Positions 12,648 through 25,521 of a DNA stretch of 64,000 nucleotides are shown here, piece by piece. The notes under the pieces were generated by a model, which searched no databases, was not told the DNA's origin, and worked only from the letters and a program-made list of their open reading frames with translations. The stretch's first letter is position 1; the number at the start of each line of letters is the position of its first letter. The translations under genes were made by a program, and so were the position numbers. Origin of the DNA: Fimicolochytrium jonesii. Lineage: Eukaryota. Location of the stretch: contig NW_026515673.1 of the NCBI RefSeq assembly GCF_025526975.1, positions 186,001 through 250,000 on the forward strand, written 5' to 3'.

Positions 12648-13267
12648 TATTGAAACCTTAGCTGATATAGGTGTATCTGAGAGGTCACTAAGACTGGTTC
12701 GCCGATAACTGAGGGATGTAGCTGCCCGAAGGGCAGTGTTGTGATGTAGAAGACAGTACTGTGGCTAGAGTGGTGCGATAGAAAGCTGTGTATTGAAGAG
12801 GTTGAAGTGAAGAGACGGGATGGGCAACAGGTCTGCCTTTTATAGGAATCTGGGGCTTCTTTCTTGGGGATTTAGCTAGGTGCTGGGGTGTCCAAAGCAC
12901 CCTCTGAGATCCCCTCAGAACGCCCAAGGCGTCGCTGAGTGCCGCAGTTAAGGTTGGTAAGGTTTGTAAGGTTTTGCCAAGTCTGTGTAGCCTCATAGGT
13001 ACCTGCTGATGCCCCATGGGCGTCCGCCAAGTCCGCGGAAGGTGCTACAGGCTACCACAAGCGCAATTGAGCCCAATCTAGCTACTACAACCCGACCACA
13101 GCTCCATACGGGCACTACAGACCGCTATGAGCTCTAAGAACATCATGAAAGCGCAGTGCTGATGCCTGGATGTCTGGGAAACGGTCCAGACATCTTCAGA
13201 GCCTCCCAACACGCGTCCTAAGTCTTGCAGAGCCTTCTAAGTGCCGCATCTTGATGCTATCTCAATA
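12648..13267 (-). repeat. Copia-A LTR, third copy
   Basis: +4359 copy of 8289-8908. Confidence 0.9.
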
Positions 13268-16200
13268 CAACACTGGTACACGTGCATTCAAGCCCACAGA
13301 CAAAACGGAATCATGCTCGCACGCTGCAGAGGGATCTTTTGAGCTTTCTTATGCGTCCGCCAACCCACAACCTGACACTGATCAGTGGGCAGAAGCCTCG
13401 GAGGATCTAGGCAACCAGGAAGAGCCTGAAGACGACGAATTGGTGCAGTACGGACGCATCACACGTTCTCAGAGCACGCAAATTCATCAAAGCAACCTTG
13501 CCTATGCTGTTGCAACCAAAGTACTACACACAGAGCCCAAAAAGTCCAAGCAGGCGCTAAACTCAAGCGATGCAGCAAAGTGGAAGGAAGCATTGGACGC
13601 TGAATACGAATATCTGCTCAAGAAAGGCACCTGGGACCTCTGCCCAACACCCAAAGATTGCAACCTTGTTGCCTGCAAGTGGGTCTGCAAGATCAAGATG
13701 AATGCTGATGGCAGTATCGAACGTTACAGTGCCAGACACTGGTCGCCCAAGGCTTCTTGCAAGAAGAGGGAGTTGACTACAACGAAACATTCGCACCAGT
13801 GGCCAAGTTCGACACCATTCGGCTACTGCTCTCATGGCAAGCAGCTCAAGACCTTGAAATGAACCAAATGGACATATCCACCGCATTCCTGAGCCCAACA
13901 CTCAGTGAGGAGATCTATATGAAGCAGCCACCGGGAGAAGAGCATCTCGTGCTCAAACTCAAGAAGACACTCTATTGTCTTAAACAAGCCCCAGGGAATG
14001 GAATATCGAAATCCACGGCACTCTCGTTGAGAAAGGCTTTACACGTCTTGATTCAGACCATTGCGTCTATATCAGATTCTTTGAGGGTGGGCTGCTCATC
14101 CTGATCCTCTATGTGGACGATCTTAAACTTATGAGCAACAAGAGACTCGATCTTGAAAACTTCAAGGCCCAGGAACTTCAGAAGGCGTACGAGATGCGTG
14201 ACCTTGGTGTAGTAGCTAGATTGGGTTTTATTGAGCTTGTGGAAGCCTGTAGCATCTGACGCGGGCTCCGCGGACTTGGCAGACGTCCATGGGGGCATCA
14301 GCAGGCTACACAGACTTGGCAAAACCTTATAAACCTTACCAACCTTAACTGCGGCACTCAGCGACGCCTTGGGCGTTTTGAGGGGATCTCAGAGGGTGCT
14401 TTGGACACCCCAGCACCTAGCCAAATCCCCAAGAAAGAAGCCCCAGATTCCTATAAAAGGCAGACCTGTTGCCCATCCCGTCCTTTTACTTTATCCTCTT
14501 CAATACACAGCTTTCTATCGCACTACTCTAGTCACAGTACTGTCTTCTACATCACAACACTGCCCTTTGGGCAGCTACGTCCCTCAGTCATCGGCGAACC
14601 AATCTTCATGACCTCTCAGATACACCTATATCAGCTAAGGTTTCAATATGTTGTCAGGATCTGGATCGAATTTATAGCTCGCTAATCTGTCATAGGAGCG
14701 AGCTGACATGTCTTCATGCATATCATCATCTTCCAGGCTGTTGTAGACCTTGTTCCCATTGAACTGAACATCTCAGGATTTGATGATGGTGCCTTGATCA
14801 TCAGGTTCAAGTGAGTGAAGCCTCCACGCTCTGCTGAAGGGGGTGCATCTGAGAAAGATGCACTTCTTGGCTTTGTTGTCCAGCTTTCCTCAGTTTCTCT
14901 TGAGGACCATAGCATAAGGTATGCATCCACGCCGTCTGAGATGAAGGTCGGTGGGCTTGCGACCGAAGAATACTTTGTACGGTGTCTTGAAGTTGTCAAA
15001 GGCAGCCATAGGGCATTGATTTCCAATGTGCACGGCTGCAAGCAGCGCTTCTCCCCAGTATTCATGTCCAAGGCCAGCCTGGGTGAGTAGGCATTGTGCC
15101 ATGTCGAATAGAGTTCGATTCACACTTTCCGCTCCTCCGTTCTGCTGTGGGGTGTTGGTAGCAGCGCGCTGGTCTTGGATTCCAGCTCTCCTGAGCGCAA
15201 GGGCCAATTGGGTCGATTCCTTTCTCAGACCTGAGGTCTTTAATTGTGTTCCCCGTCTGCCTGTCCATAAGAGCCTTGTGCTCTCCCCGTGGGTCAAAGG
15301 CGTCGCTTTTCTTGTTGAGGAGCTTGACCCAGACAATTCTGGACTTGTCATCAATGCATGACCCAAAATAGGTACAGCTTGTTTCTTTGGAAAGGGAGCT
15401 CTGGACTGCTGGGAGAGCATGCAGACTTACAGATGTGACCATCAGGGTGTCCGGTGACTCGGATGTTGCATTGATAGCCGTTGGTGAGCTCCTGAATGTC
15501 TTGAGCATTCAGATGACCGAGTCTCTGATGCGAGATATGAAAGGGTGTGCTACAAGGTGCTCCTGCTGAGTAGGCGTGTTCAGGGATAGCCTGGGCCTTC
15601 ATGGTATACAGACCGTTCTCCTTGAGAGCTCTGAAGGCGAGAGCACCGTCCCTGGTCTTGATTGTGCACTCTGCACTCGAGAACTCAACTTGTGCTCTGG
15701 TCTCAGTCAGCTGGGCTACTGAGATGAGGTTCTTTTCCAGTTTGGGAACTGACCAAATGTTTCAAAGGGTGCCAGTGTGCTCCTTGTGTGTTCTGATTGA
15801 GATGGAGCCTGTTCCGATGGCTAGGACTGACTGGTTGTCAGCTAGCTGGACCTGGATCTCAGCTTCCAGCATCTTGTGTCATGCAGCCATTCCTTGACAT
15901 GTGTCATGTGCAAGGAGGCTCCTAAATTGTTAATCCAGCATTCTGGGCTGATATCTGTGCGTTTAGCAGCGGCCATGAAGAGGAACCCAGTTCCTTGGGT
16001 GGCCTGCTGTGACTCGACTTGATTCGCATTGTTGGCTTGAGCTAGCTCTCGTTTGAGCTTCTTGCACTCGTTCTTCCAATGCTCTTCAATGCCACAGTGA
16101 TGGCACTTTCCCTTCTTCCTGGCCAACCTGGCTAAACCCCCAGCCTCCTGCTGGTGTCCCCCATCCCTGATGAAGGCGTTTCCAGGCGATCTGACTGGTT

Positions 16201-17006
16201 TCGAGTTCTCCTTGCGCCTAGCTTCTTCATTCAGAAGTCTGGCCATCAAGAACTCCATGTCTAAGTGGTCCGCCGTGCTTTCGAGGCTCATGATGACTTG
16301 TTTGTAGCTGTTTGGCAAGCTGTATATCAAGGTAGTCATGATATCGTCTTCGGGTACTGGTGCGCCGATAGCCTTCAGCTGTTGTGCGAGCTGTCTGACT
16401 TTGTTGATGTGGTTTGTGATCGAGTCTGACTCGTTCATAGTAATGGTAAAAAGCTTTTGACATAGGAAGAGCTTGCTGGTGAGCCCTTTTCGTTCGTGCA
16501 CCTCAGCTAGCTTAGACCAGGCTTCCCAAGCCGTGTGAGCTGTATGCACGTGCATAAGCTGGGTGTCGTTCAGACTGACGCAGATGTATGCCAAAGCCCT
16601 CTCAGCCCCCTTTCCCTTCGATGGGTTTGCTGTAGCCATGTCTCCTTCGCCTTCAACATCACCATCATCCTAAACTTCCATAGATGGTAGTTATCCCCTG
16701 TGAACTTGTCCACCATAAGTTTCGAAGTCTCTGCGTCTCCAGCCATCGTGTGTTCGAGCTAAGTTTGTCTGTTTCGAGTGTGTGGACACGTTTCGGATAA
16801 TAGTGTATTGTTGGACAGGTTTTGGGTGTCAAGTAGTGCATATCTCGTTGAGTTGAGCACTTGAGCGCGTTTTTGGTCGAAAATTGGTGATTTTGGAAGG
16901 ATATATGGAGGATAGGGCATACGTAGCAACTGTAGGGGGTTGGGAACGTCTTGAATAGGATTTGCGAAGATGGTTTTAGTGATGATAAAGCTGAGGGCTC
17001 ATAACC

Positions 17007-17462
17007 TATTGAAACCTTAGCTGATATAGGTGTATCTGAGAGGTCACTAAGACTGGTTCGCCGATAACTGAGGGATGTAGCTGCCCGAAGGGCAGTGTTG
17101 TGATGTAGAAGACAGTACTGTGGCTAGAGTGGTGCGATAGAAAGCTGTGTATTGAAGAGGTTGAAGTGAAGCGACGGGATGGGCAACAGGTCTGCCTTTT
17201 ATAGGAATCTGGGGCTTCTTTCTTGGGGATTTAGCTAGGTGCTGGGGTGTCCAAAGCACCCTCTGAGATCCCCTCAGAACGCCCAAGGCGTCGCTGAGTG
17301 CCGCAGTTAAGGTTGGTAAGGTTTGTAAGGTTTTGCCAAGTCTGTGTAGCCTCACAGGTACCTGCTGATGTCCCATGGGGGTCTGCCAAATCCGCGGAAG
17401 GTGCTACAGACTGCCACAAGCTCAAGCAAGCCCAAGTGCCGCGTCTTGATGCTATCTCAATA
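17007..17462 (-). repeat. Copia-A LTR, fourth copy, with ~165-bp internal deletion
   Basis: Same termini; GCCCAA joins directly to GTGCCGC near 17435. Confidence 0.85.
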
Positions 17463-18585
17463 TTTGGTCCATTCACATTCTGAGACCCGTGAATACTCCT
17501 CCTACGGATATCTTACAAGAAAAAGTTCATAAACCTCCTTCATCATCCCACTTCGCTCTCAAGGCATAGAGATGATCTCTAAGCAATTCAATGAGGCTTG
17601 GCAACGCAACAAGTTTGAGAAAGACATGGTCTGTAGCCTCGCACTTAACAAAATACCAGATGCTCCTCAACAGCTCAAAGGAAGTCCTGGACATCTAAAG
17701 GATATCCTAGACAAATATGTCAATATGCTTTTCAAGGAACCGGAAGGTCTACCTCCTTATTGTGGAGAAGACAATTTCAAGATCGAACTCACTGAAGGTG
17801 CTGAAGCTGTTTGGCAACGTCTTCGTCACATGAACAAGGAAGAACTCGCTGAGCTCAAGAAGCAAATCACCATTGTGCTTGAAAAAGAATGGATACAACA
17901 CTCCTCAAGTCCCTGGGGAGCTAATGTCATCTTTGCCAAGAAGAAAGATGGCGGACTACGCATCTTTTGGGACTACCGAGGTCTCAACTCTGTTACCAAG
18001 AAAGATTGTACTCCTTTAAGCAACATTCAAGGGAGGAGGGATCGATTTCCAGGCTGCAAATGGTTTACGCTTATTGACATTTGAGAAGCATACCATTGTC
18101 TCCTTATACGAAAACAAGATTGAGAAAAAACAGCAATACGAACTCACTTCGGACACCTCAAATATTTGGTTATGCCGTTTGGGCTCATCAATGCACCTGC
18201 TGCATTTCAACACCTTATGAATAAGATCTTTCACAAAGATTACAAATTCCTTGCTACCTATCTGGACGACATCCTTATTCTCTCCCTTGCTGAACACCAC
18301 GAACACGTTGATCGCACCCTGAAGAACCTTAAAGAACACGCCCTTTTCATCAAACCTTCAAAGTGTGTATGGGCCAAAGAAGAAATCAAATGGTGTGGAC
18401 ATATTTTCGGAAGACTTGGTGTTCGCATGGCGCCTCAAAGATTCAAGCTATCAAGCTGGGCTACTCCAAGATCAACAAAAGGAGTTCAAAGCTTCCTTGG
18501 TCTCACGATCTACTTTCTCTACTTTGTTCAAGGTTATTTGGACATCACTACCCCTATCAAGTATTCAATCTTTGAAAGTCAAAAA
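17463..18585 (+). mobile_element. Ty3/gypsy family C RT fragment, degenerate
   Basis: SSSPWGANVIFAKKKDGGLRIFWDYRGLN, VMPFGLINAPAAFQ, YLDDIL; stops and frameshifts. Confidence 0.9.
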
Positions 18586-18725
18586 AGTCTTGCAGAGCCT
18601 TCCAAGTGCCGCATCTTGATGTTATCTCAATGCTCCCTCCCACTTGAAGGCTCCGCTCCGAGTGCATCCCAGCTTGCAGACGTGTGAGGTCTGGCATGGA
18701 TAGGGGTTTAGTAACCATACCAACC
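18586..18725 (-). mobile_element. Copia-A 3' end fragment: RNase H tail, PPT and start of 3' LTR
   Basis: Minus strand reads VTKPL, then AAGTGGGAGGGAG, then CATTGAGATAACATCAAG matching the LTR start. Confidence 0.7.
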
Positions 18726-19600
18726 CTACAACAAGAGCTAGCCCAAGCCAACATTGCGAATCAAGTCGAGTCACAGCAGGCCAGCCAAGGAACCGGGTTC
18801 CCCTTCATGAATATCAGCCCAGAATGCTGGATTATCAAGTTAGGAGCCTCCTCGCACATGACACACTTCAAGGAATGGCTGCACGACACAAGACGCTGGA
18901 AGCTGAGATCCAGGTCTAGCTAGCTGACAACCGGTCAGTTCTAGACATCGGAACGGGCTTCATTATCATCAGAACACACGGGAAGCATGCTGGCACCATT
19001 TGAAACGTTTGGTTTGTTCCCAAATTCGAAAAGAACCTTATCGCAATAGCCCAGCTGACTGAGAATGGTGAACAAGTTGAGTTCTCAAGTGCAGAGTGCA
19101 CAATCAAGACACGAGATGGCGCTCTCACCTTCCGAACTCTCAAAGGGAACTGTCTCTACACCATGAAGGCTCAAGCGATCCCTGACCATGCCTACTCAGC
19201 AGGAGTACTTCGCAGCACTCCCTTTCACATCTGGCATCAGAGACTCGGTCATCTGACTGCTCAAGACGGTCAGAAGCTCACCAACGGCTATCAACGCAAC
19301 ATCCGAGTCACCGGACACCCTGATGGTCACATCTGCGAAGCCTGCACGCTCTCCAAGCACTCCAGAGCTCCCTTTGCAAAGAAACAAGCCACCCAAGCCA
19401 TAGAAGTACTGGCACTCGTCCACGCTGTCCTCTGTGGGCCCATGAGGACGTCCGACCTTTGGGGGCTGCACTCATTTCGCATCATTCATTGGTGATAAGG
19501 CCAGAATCATCTGGGTCAAGCTCCTATGCTGGGTCAAGCTCCTATGCAAGAAAAGCGATACCTTTGATGCCTGGGAGGAATACAAGGCACTTATGACGGT
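18726..19600 (+). mobile_element. Copia-A gag-end/protease/GAG-pre-integrase/integrase-start fragment
   Basis: ASSHMT, WHQRLGH, CEACTLSK, VHAVLCGP; diverged paralogue of 6600-7330. Confidence 0.9.
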
Positions 19601-19603
19601 GGC

Positions 19604-20525
19604 CTATATAAGATGCTGTGGGGGTGGCTGGCAGAAGCGAGGGTCTATCGAATGAGGGGCTATGGTCGGTTCTCGGGGAAAATAGGCTGCCGGTCTCAAT
19701 AGTACAAGAAGATTGCTCTTGTTAGAGCATCGTCTTGCCACCATAATATCCAGGTGCTTTGAATGGAGTCCTTGTTCTTGAAGGGGGTTGGGAGTATGAG
19801 TTTGGGTGCGAAAGATCGGGTCGGTAATATCCAACAAAGGTTGACTACAAAACAATACAACGGAGTTATTCAATACTACTCTCAGCTGTTCTTACTAGAT
19901 TCCTGATCAAGCAAGTCCTCTGCGACGTCAGCAAAGTACAAGCCACAAGACTTGGGGCCGTCTTGTCTAAGCTCTCAGTGTCTGTGAGCTTGCCTTGAAA
20001 AGTCCGAAAGGAACTTGAAAAAGTCGTCAGGAGTAGAGAAGTAGCTCTGTTGTGGGTTGGTGTGTTCTGCGTATCGTACAAAATTCAAGGCGAAACAGTC
20101 AGGCTTCTATACACATTTTTGTAGGCTACAGAATTTTGTCAAAGTCCAAACTCTCTACTATATGTCTCTAGAAGAATCAGCTACATCAAGGGATTCTCTT
20201 TTCCTGCAGCAGTCTACGTCGTTTTCGCCTTTTCCATTCGCAATTTCTACGCTGATACAGTCTTATCGCTAATCTTTTCTGTGGTTTTTCTTCAACGTTT
20301 GGCATATACGGCCACTGGAATTGGTTTTCTTGTTTCGCAGTTGATTTTTTCAGCGTTTCGGGCATTGTGAGAGCTTCCGGTTGGTTGAGAGTCACGTCTG
20401 GGGCGCTTTCATGTGTGAGATCTTTACCTACGCCTACATTTTTCTCATGTCAGTCGTATCCGAGGACAAAACATCGTTGTGAGGGCAGGTCTCGGTAAAG
20501 GCAGGTGTGTTAGGTTATTGTCAGA
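19604..20525 (-). repeat. Gypsy-B LTR fragment (partly duplicated at 25522-26325)
   Basis: Reverse-complement similarity to 47960-48912 (GCACCTGGATATTA, GTCCTCGG.TACGACTGACATG blocks). Confidence 0.8.
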
Positions 20526-20529
20526 GTGT

Positions 20530-21345
20530 CAGAAATGGGAGTATGTCAATTTATTTTTGAAGGTTTTGACAGTATTTGACGTTGTCCCAGGTCTTTGACA
20601 TTGCCCCAGTGCCGAAGCTGATTGCCCGACTGTAGCTCTGTCAATGGATACGCGATGTATGCATAACGATCGTCTTTCTGTATGGTAGGACGTGCAAAGT
20701 TTTGCACGGCCTCCAATTTTGAGGGTGCAATAGCCATTGTTCCTCTTCCAGGATATAGCCACAGAATTGAGCATCCATTTACGCTTGGACGGCTTAACAT
20801 AGAGTTTGTGCTCGGTGAGAACAGCCAAAACACTGTCCACATGAGCGATATGCTCCTCGGCAATCTCCGACAAGATTAAGATATCATCCAGGTAAGATAT
20901 GACATACATCATACATCTTCCCCAATATCTTATTGGGTAACCGTTGAAACGTTGCCAGTGCATTCGTTAATCCTATCGGCATAACCAAGTACTCAAAATG
21001 ATCAAACCGCGTCCAAAACGCTGTTTTGTCTATATCGCCCTTGCAAACCAAGAGGTGGTGATACGCATCTTTGATGTCCAACAAAGACTTGAACTTCCTT
21101 CCACATACCCGATCCTGCAGCTCTGCATGATTCGGTAACGGCGTACAATCCTTTATCATTGCTTTGTTCAGCCCACGATAGTCAACGCACATATGGAGAC
21201 TGCCATCGTTTGTCTTAGCAAGTAACACTGCGGCAACCCATGGGCTCTGCCAGTGCTGAACCCATCTGCGCTCAAGCATGAGAGTAACCTTCTCATTAAG
21301 CTCTTTGAGTTCAGCTTTGCTCATATGCCGTAAAGGATTAAAGTC
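20530..21345 (-). pseudogene. Gypsy-A RT fragment (copy 26330-27145)
   Basis: CVDYRGLNK, LDIKDAYH, VMPIGLTNA, YLDD; diverged paralogue of 31370-32180. Confidence 0.9.
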
Positions 21346-21349
21346 TAGT

Positions 21350-21872
21350 GTGTTGTTTACGAAGACCTCGGATGGTGTTTTGCTGACCAGAGGGGACGTT
21401 ATGGGAGTAACTGATCTCAGCTCCGGTGTTGGATAAACATACGGGATGGTGTAAGTTGTAGCGTGCTGAGGAGGTGCATGGGGGCCAGCGGCAGAGAAGT
21501 CACATATGGCGCACTAGCCGGTATAGGGCTAGCTGAGTAATTAGAGTGAGTGCTGTATACTGACGATTGGGTGAGCGGGTTTACTGAGTGGAACGTAGGT
21601 CCGCCTTGTTGAGGAGCTCGATCCTGATTCAAGAGGGAGGTAACCAAGCCTGGCAAATTGGCAATTAGGTCTTCTAGATGAAGAAACCTCTCTTCCTGCT
21701 TGATTGGAATCCATAGGAATGGGTTGATTTCGGTTTTGGGGGGTCCGGCGGTTTGGGCACATCCACATACAGGGTGATGGCATCCTTCAACTCTGCAATA
21801 GTCGGAGAAGACTCCTCCTTCCTCTTCCTTTTCATCCACAAATCCACCAGGCATTTCACGAAGACGGGTAGG
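21350..21872 (-). pseudogene. Copia-C-like gag fragment (copy 27150-27672)
   Basis: MPGGFVDEKEE...RAPQQGGPT..SVNPLTQS matches gag at 40130-40580. Confidence 0.8.
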
Positions 21873-22165
21873 TGTGATGTGGACTACCTTCCACACGGGT
21901 TGTTTAACTGATGTTCGTATACAATAACTACTTTGCTGTAAGGTATTGTAGACGGACTGGGTGTTCGTCGGCTCTGCTATGCGATATGTAGTAAAAGAAC
22001 TACTTGTTGTGCATAGGACCGCGCGACGAGCACTGTTAAAGTACCCGTGAGGTTGGAGTCCACTGGAGAACACTGTTTGGGACATGTCTCGCACACCTGG
22101 CAAGACATGTCTTGCTGACATGTCGTTCTCCAATAAGACCAGACACTCCACATTACACCCCCCCC
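21873..22165 (-). repeat. Gypsy-A 3' LTR (21873-22157, 285 bp) with G8 polypurine tract (copy 27673-27965)
   Basis: TGTAATGTG...CACATCACA termini preceded by GGGGGGGG on the minus strand. Confidence 0.88.
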
Positions 22166-22354
22166 AGATTCTACAACGCGAACCTGCCCAGCAAGCTCAA
22201 GCAGAGTAGAATATGAAGGTGTCCGGGATCGCACCCAGCGCAATCCTTAATGGTCCTTGTCGTCGTCGGTCCAAATAACCATGCAAAAAAGCTATGGCTT
22301 TTTGGCAGAAAGCCATGGCTTTTTCGCTGAAAGCCATGGTTCGCCAACTGGACG

Positions 22355-25300
22355 TGTAATGTGTGTTGGGTTGTCCGGTCTTATTGGAGAACGACATGTC
22401 AGTGAAAGACCTATCGCTGTCTTGGTGGAAGGCCTTCCGACCTGTCAGTGAAAGGCCTTTCGACCTGTCAGTGAAAGGCCTTTCGACCTGTCAGTGAAAG
22501 GCCTCTCCTAAGCACTCAGCCTTACGCCCTTCACGCTCAGACAGTGTTCTCCAGTGGACCCCGACCACATGGGTACTATAACAGTGCTTGTCGCGAGTTC
22601 CTATTCATAACAAGTAGTTCTCTTACTACATACCGATTTGCAGCGCTGGCGAACACCCAGTCCGTCTACAATACCTTACAGCAAAGTAATACGAACATCA
22701 GTTATACAACCCGTGTGGAAGGTAGTCCACATCACATGGTAGCACCACTCGTTTGAACAAAACAAGCTTCCTAGTAGTAAACACGTCGGCAACTTCAGCA
22801 TCTCGAAATTGCGGACGTAGCAATCGTCACAGAACGTCGATACAACACTTCTAGACGATTCAAATAGCCTTCAGGACGTCCAGGACAACGTCCGTCGCAA
22901 CTCCTAAGCTGTTAGGGTTCTTCTTGATCCTCTCAAAGAGCTCTCTAAACTGATAGCTTCAGATCCTGTCTAGGATCAATGTAGCCAAACCCCGCCGACA
23001 TCGGACAGATTTTGGGGATTTTTTGCTCAAAAGAGGGGAAATCTATGCCCAAATTTTGGTTACTGCACACGGCATATACCTGATTCAAGAACCTAGTTGT
23101 TTGTGTGTATTTGCTCGAGGTACTGAGCTATACAACATCAACGGAGTACTTCTGTCCGCATTCTGGACGTATTCGTCTTTGTTTGAGGTTATTCGACCTG
23201 AAAACGAGATTACACTGGCCAGAAGGTCGTCATGAGTAGGTCAACGGGTAGTACAGTTAACAGGAGTGAGGAAACTACTCCTGGAGGTACAGCTGTTATT
23301 ACTGAGATCGTTGCGAAGCCGGAAATGTCGGTTGACGAACCTTGTGTTGAAGTTTGCCTTCCTCGTCCTCCTCAAACGACGGGACCTGTTCCAATGGAGG
23401 GTATCCAGGTCGGTGGACCTCCTCCATCTCCTGCTGGTAACCCGCACGCTACGGCTATGTTGACGATCTCTGTCGAGGAGTTCAACGCCCGAATTAATGC
23501 TGCTCGAGCAGAAGTTCGCGATCAACATGCCGAGGAACATCAGGCTTGACAGGATCGTTTGCGATCTACGTTGGAGCGTGACTCCGCGGTGCGCCATGAT
23601 GTGCTGCAGGATGGGTCGGTGCATCTGTTCTATATCGAGCAGGGTAGACATCATGGTACATGGATCTCACAGCATCCGTTCAATGGCAAACGGCGTGAGG
23701 CCGCTTTCGTTGACACGTTTTTGCAGAAGCATACGGCCTTCATGGTTACTTTTGGTCTTCCGATTGACGACTTTACGTACATGCAGAAGGTCTTGAGCTC
23801 GCTTGAAGGCGACGCACGTACCTGGTTTGACACCGCATGCAGGCTTGACATGCGGAAAGAGGATTTTGAGACGGCTTTCAAACTAGCCTTCTATCCTACA
23901 AACGCGAAAACAAACGCGCTCAATGCTCTGCACCGTATGACTTTTCATAAGTCGATGGACTCATATGTGACGGAGTTCAAACGTATCATTGCCGAGGCAC
24001 AGCGCAACCTGGAGGTTATCACTCCTGACAATTTGAATAACCTGTTCCTTCGTGGTCTTACTCACAATAAGACCAATACCGTCGGCTATGAGATTGCCCA
24101 GTCGTTGTTGCATACGATGGTCGATTATAGGGAGCAACACCCTCTGCTCGCATTTCCATTGATTTGTTTGATGGATCGTGCGCTTAGTTCGTTTGCTGTA
24201 CGTCGCCTCGCCGATAAGGGCACCGACGCAAACGATAAAGCAGTTGCTTCTGGTAGTAGCGCCTAAACGTGCTAATGTCTCTTCTGCCACGGGTACCGCG
24301 GGCAAGAAGGGGGGGAAAGCTAAGAAGGCGGAAGCTGCTAAACCTTACGCACGCCCAGACCTCTCGCACATGAAGTGCTTCGATTGTGGCGAGATGGGTC
24401 ATCGTGCGCGAGATTGTCCTAAGAAGAAGGATAAGAAATCCGACGAGGCTAAGGATAAGCCGCATTGAGATGCTGGTCAGAAAAAGGGTTTTCAGTAGAG
24501 ACGTTTAATAAAGACACCGTTTATTTGTCTCATTGTGCAATGGTGTCCATTGAAGAGGAACTTGAGGCTATACGCCCTGAGTCCGCTGATGGTAGACTGG
24601 TTGATTGTAGCAATACGTCTGCTGCGGGGGCGCGCCTGTGCCGGCCAGACGAGACTGAAACCGTTTTGAAGACTAGGCCTGAAGCACTGCAACTGCAACC
24701 TGATGCGTTGATCGCACGATGTGCATTTGTAGTTCATGGCAAGTAGAATGGCAGGTTTTGTCGTATTCTGATCGATACGGGATGCACAACACTGATGGTA
24801 CGTCAGGGATGGGGTGTCAAAACATGGTTTCCAAACCTATAACCCTAAAATGCCCATTGATGTTGCCTGGGGCGACGACAGCCATACATTCAACCCCAAC
24901 AAGTCATTTTGTGGCGATCTACAGTTGTGGGGAGATGGACGACACTATTCCAGAGAACAGCTTCCATTTGTGGTCGCTCCTCTGCGGGTAGATGTTATTC
25001 TCGGATTGCCATGGATCTATATGCTTGACGATGTTTGTTTCGAGCACATAGAAGATGAAATTCCTGTTCTACGATTTCGTGCGGATGAAGTTGAACATAC
25101 CCTGGTTGCCAGACCAGTAACTAGGAAGTGGGAATCCCAGTCGTCCTGTAATGCGGCCGATCTGCGGTTTTTTGACATCAGAAAAAAGTCTAAACGATTC
25201 AAGGCGGTGATGCCTGAACGAGAAGACTCGAGTGTAGGAGTTGTAACTTATCAGAAGTTGACTCGCTTATCTCGAAAAAAGGTGTATGGGAAGTGTTACA

Positions 25301-25521
25301 TAGCGTTCGCTATGGACATAGAAGCTGCAGTGAATGCGTCACCAGCTTATGTCCCCGCAGATGAGCGCAATCGCGCCGAACCAGAGCCAGAGGTTCAAAT
25401 TAGCGAAGCTACGGGACAGAAGGTTGATTTGGGCGTGCCATTGGATCACCTTCTTTATCCAATGTTAGAGAAGTACATGGATAGTTTGTTTGTTGAGCAC
25501 GCAGAGTTGCCGCCCGATCGA
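22355..25521 (+). mobile_element. Gypsy-A 5' part: LTR 22355-22736, PBS, gag, protease; truncated by the duplication junction
   Basis: TG...CA LTR, PBS TGGTAGCACC at 22737, gag LEGDARTWF, knuckle CFDCGEMGHRARDC, protease ILIDTGC. Confidence 0.9.
22432..22504 (+). repeat. 23-bp tandem repeat (CCTTTCGACCTGTCAGTGAAAGG) x ~3 inside the LTR (copy 28232-28304)
   Basis: Read directly; absent from the 285-bp LTR variants. Confidence 0.85.

Larger units (their letters stand above)
3930..17462. repeat. Tandem array of three 4359-bp rearranged copia-A units bounded by four direct LTRs
   Basis: The ORF set recurs at exact +4359 offsets (4452/8811/13170; 7124/11483/15842). Units are nearly identical; one visible SNP at ~16275 (R to T in gag). 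Confidence 0.97.

Noticed and set aside
22432..22504. Palindromic 23-bp repeats resembling a CRISPR array
   Set aside because: No spacers, no cas genes, located inside a eukaryotic LTR.
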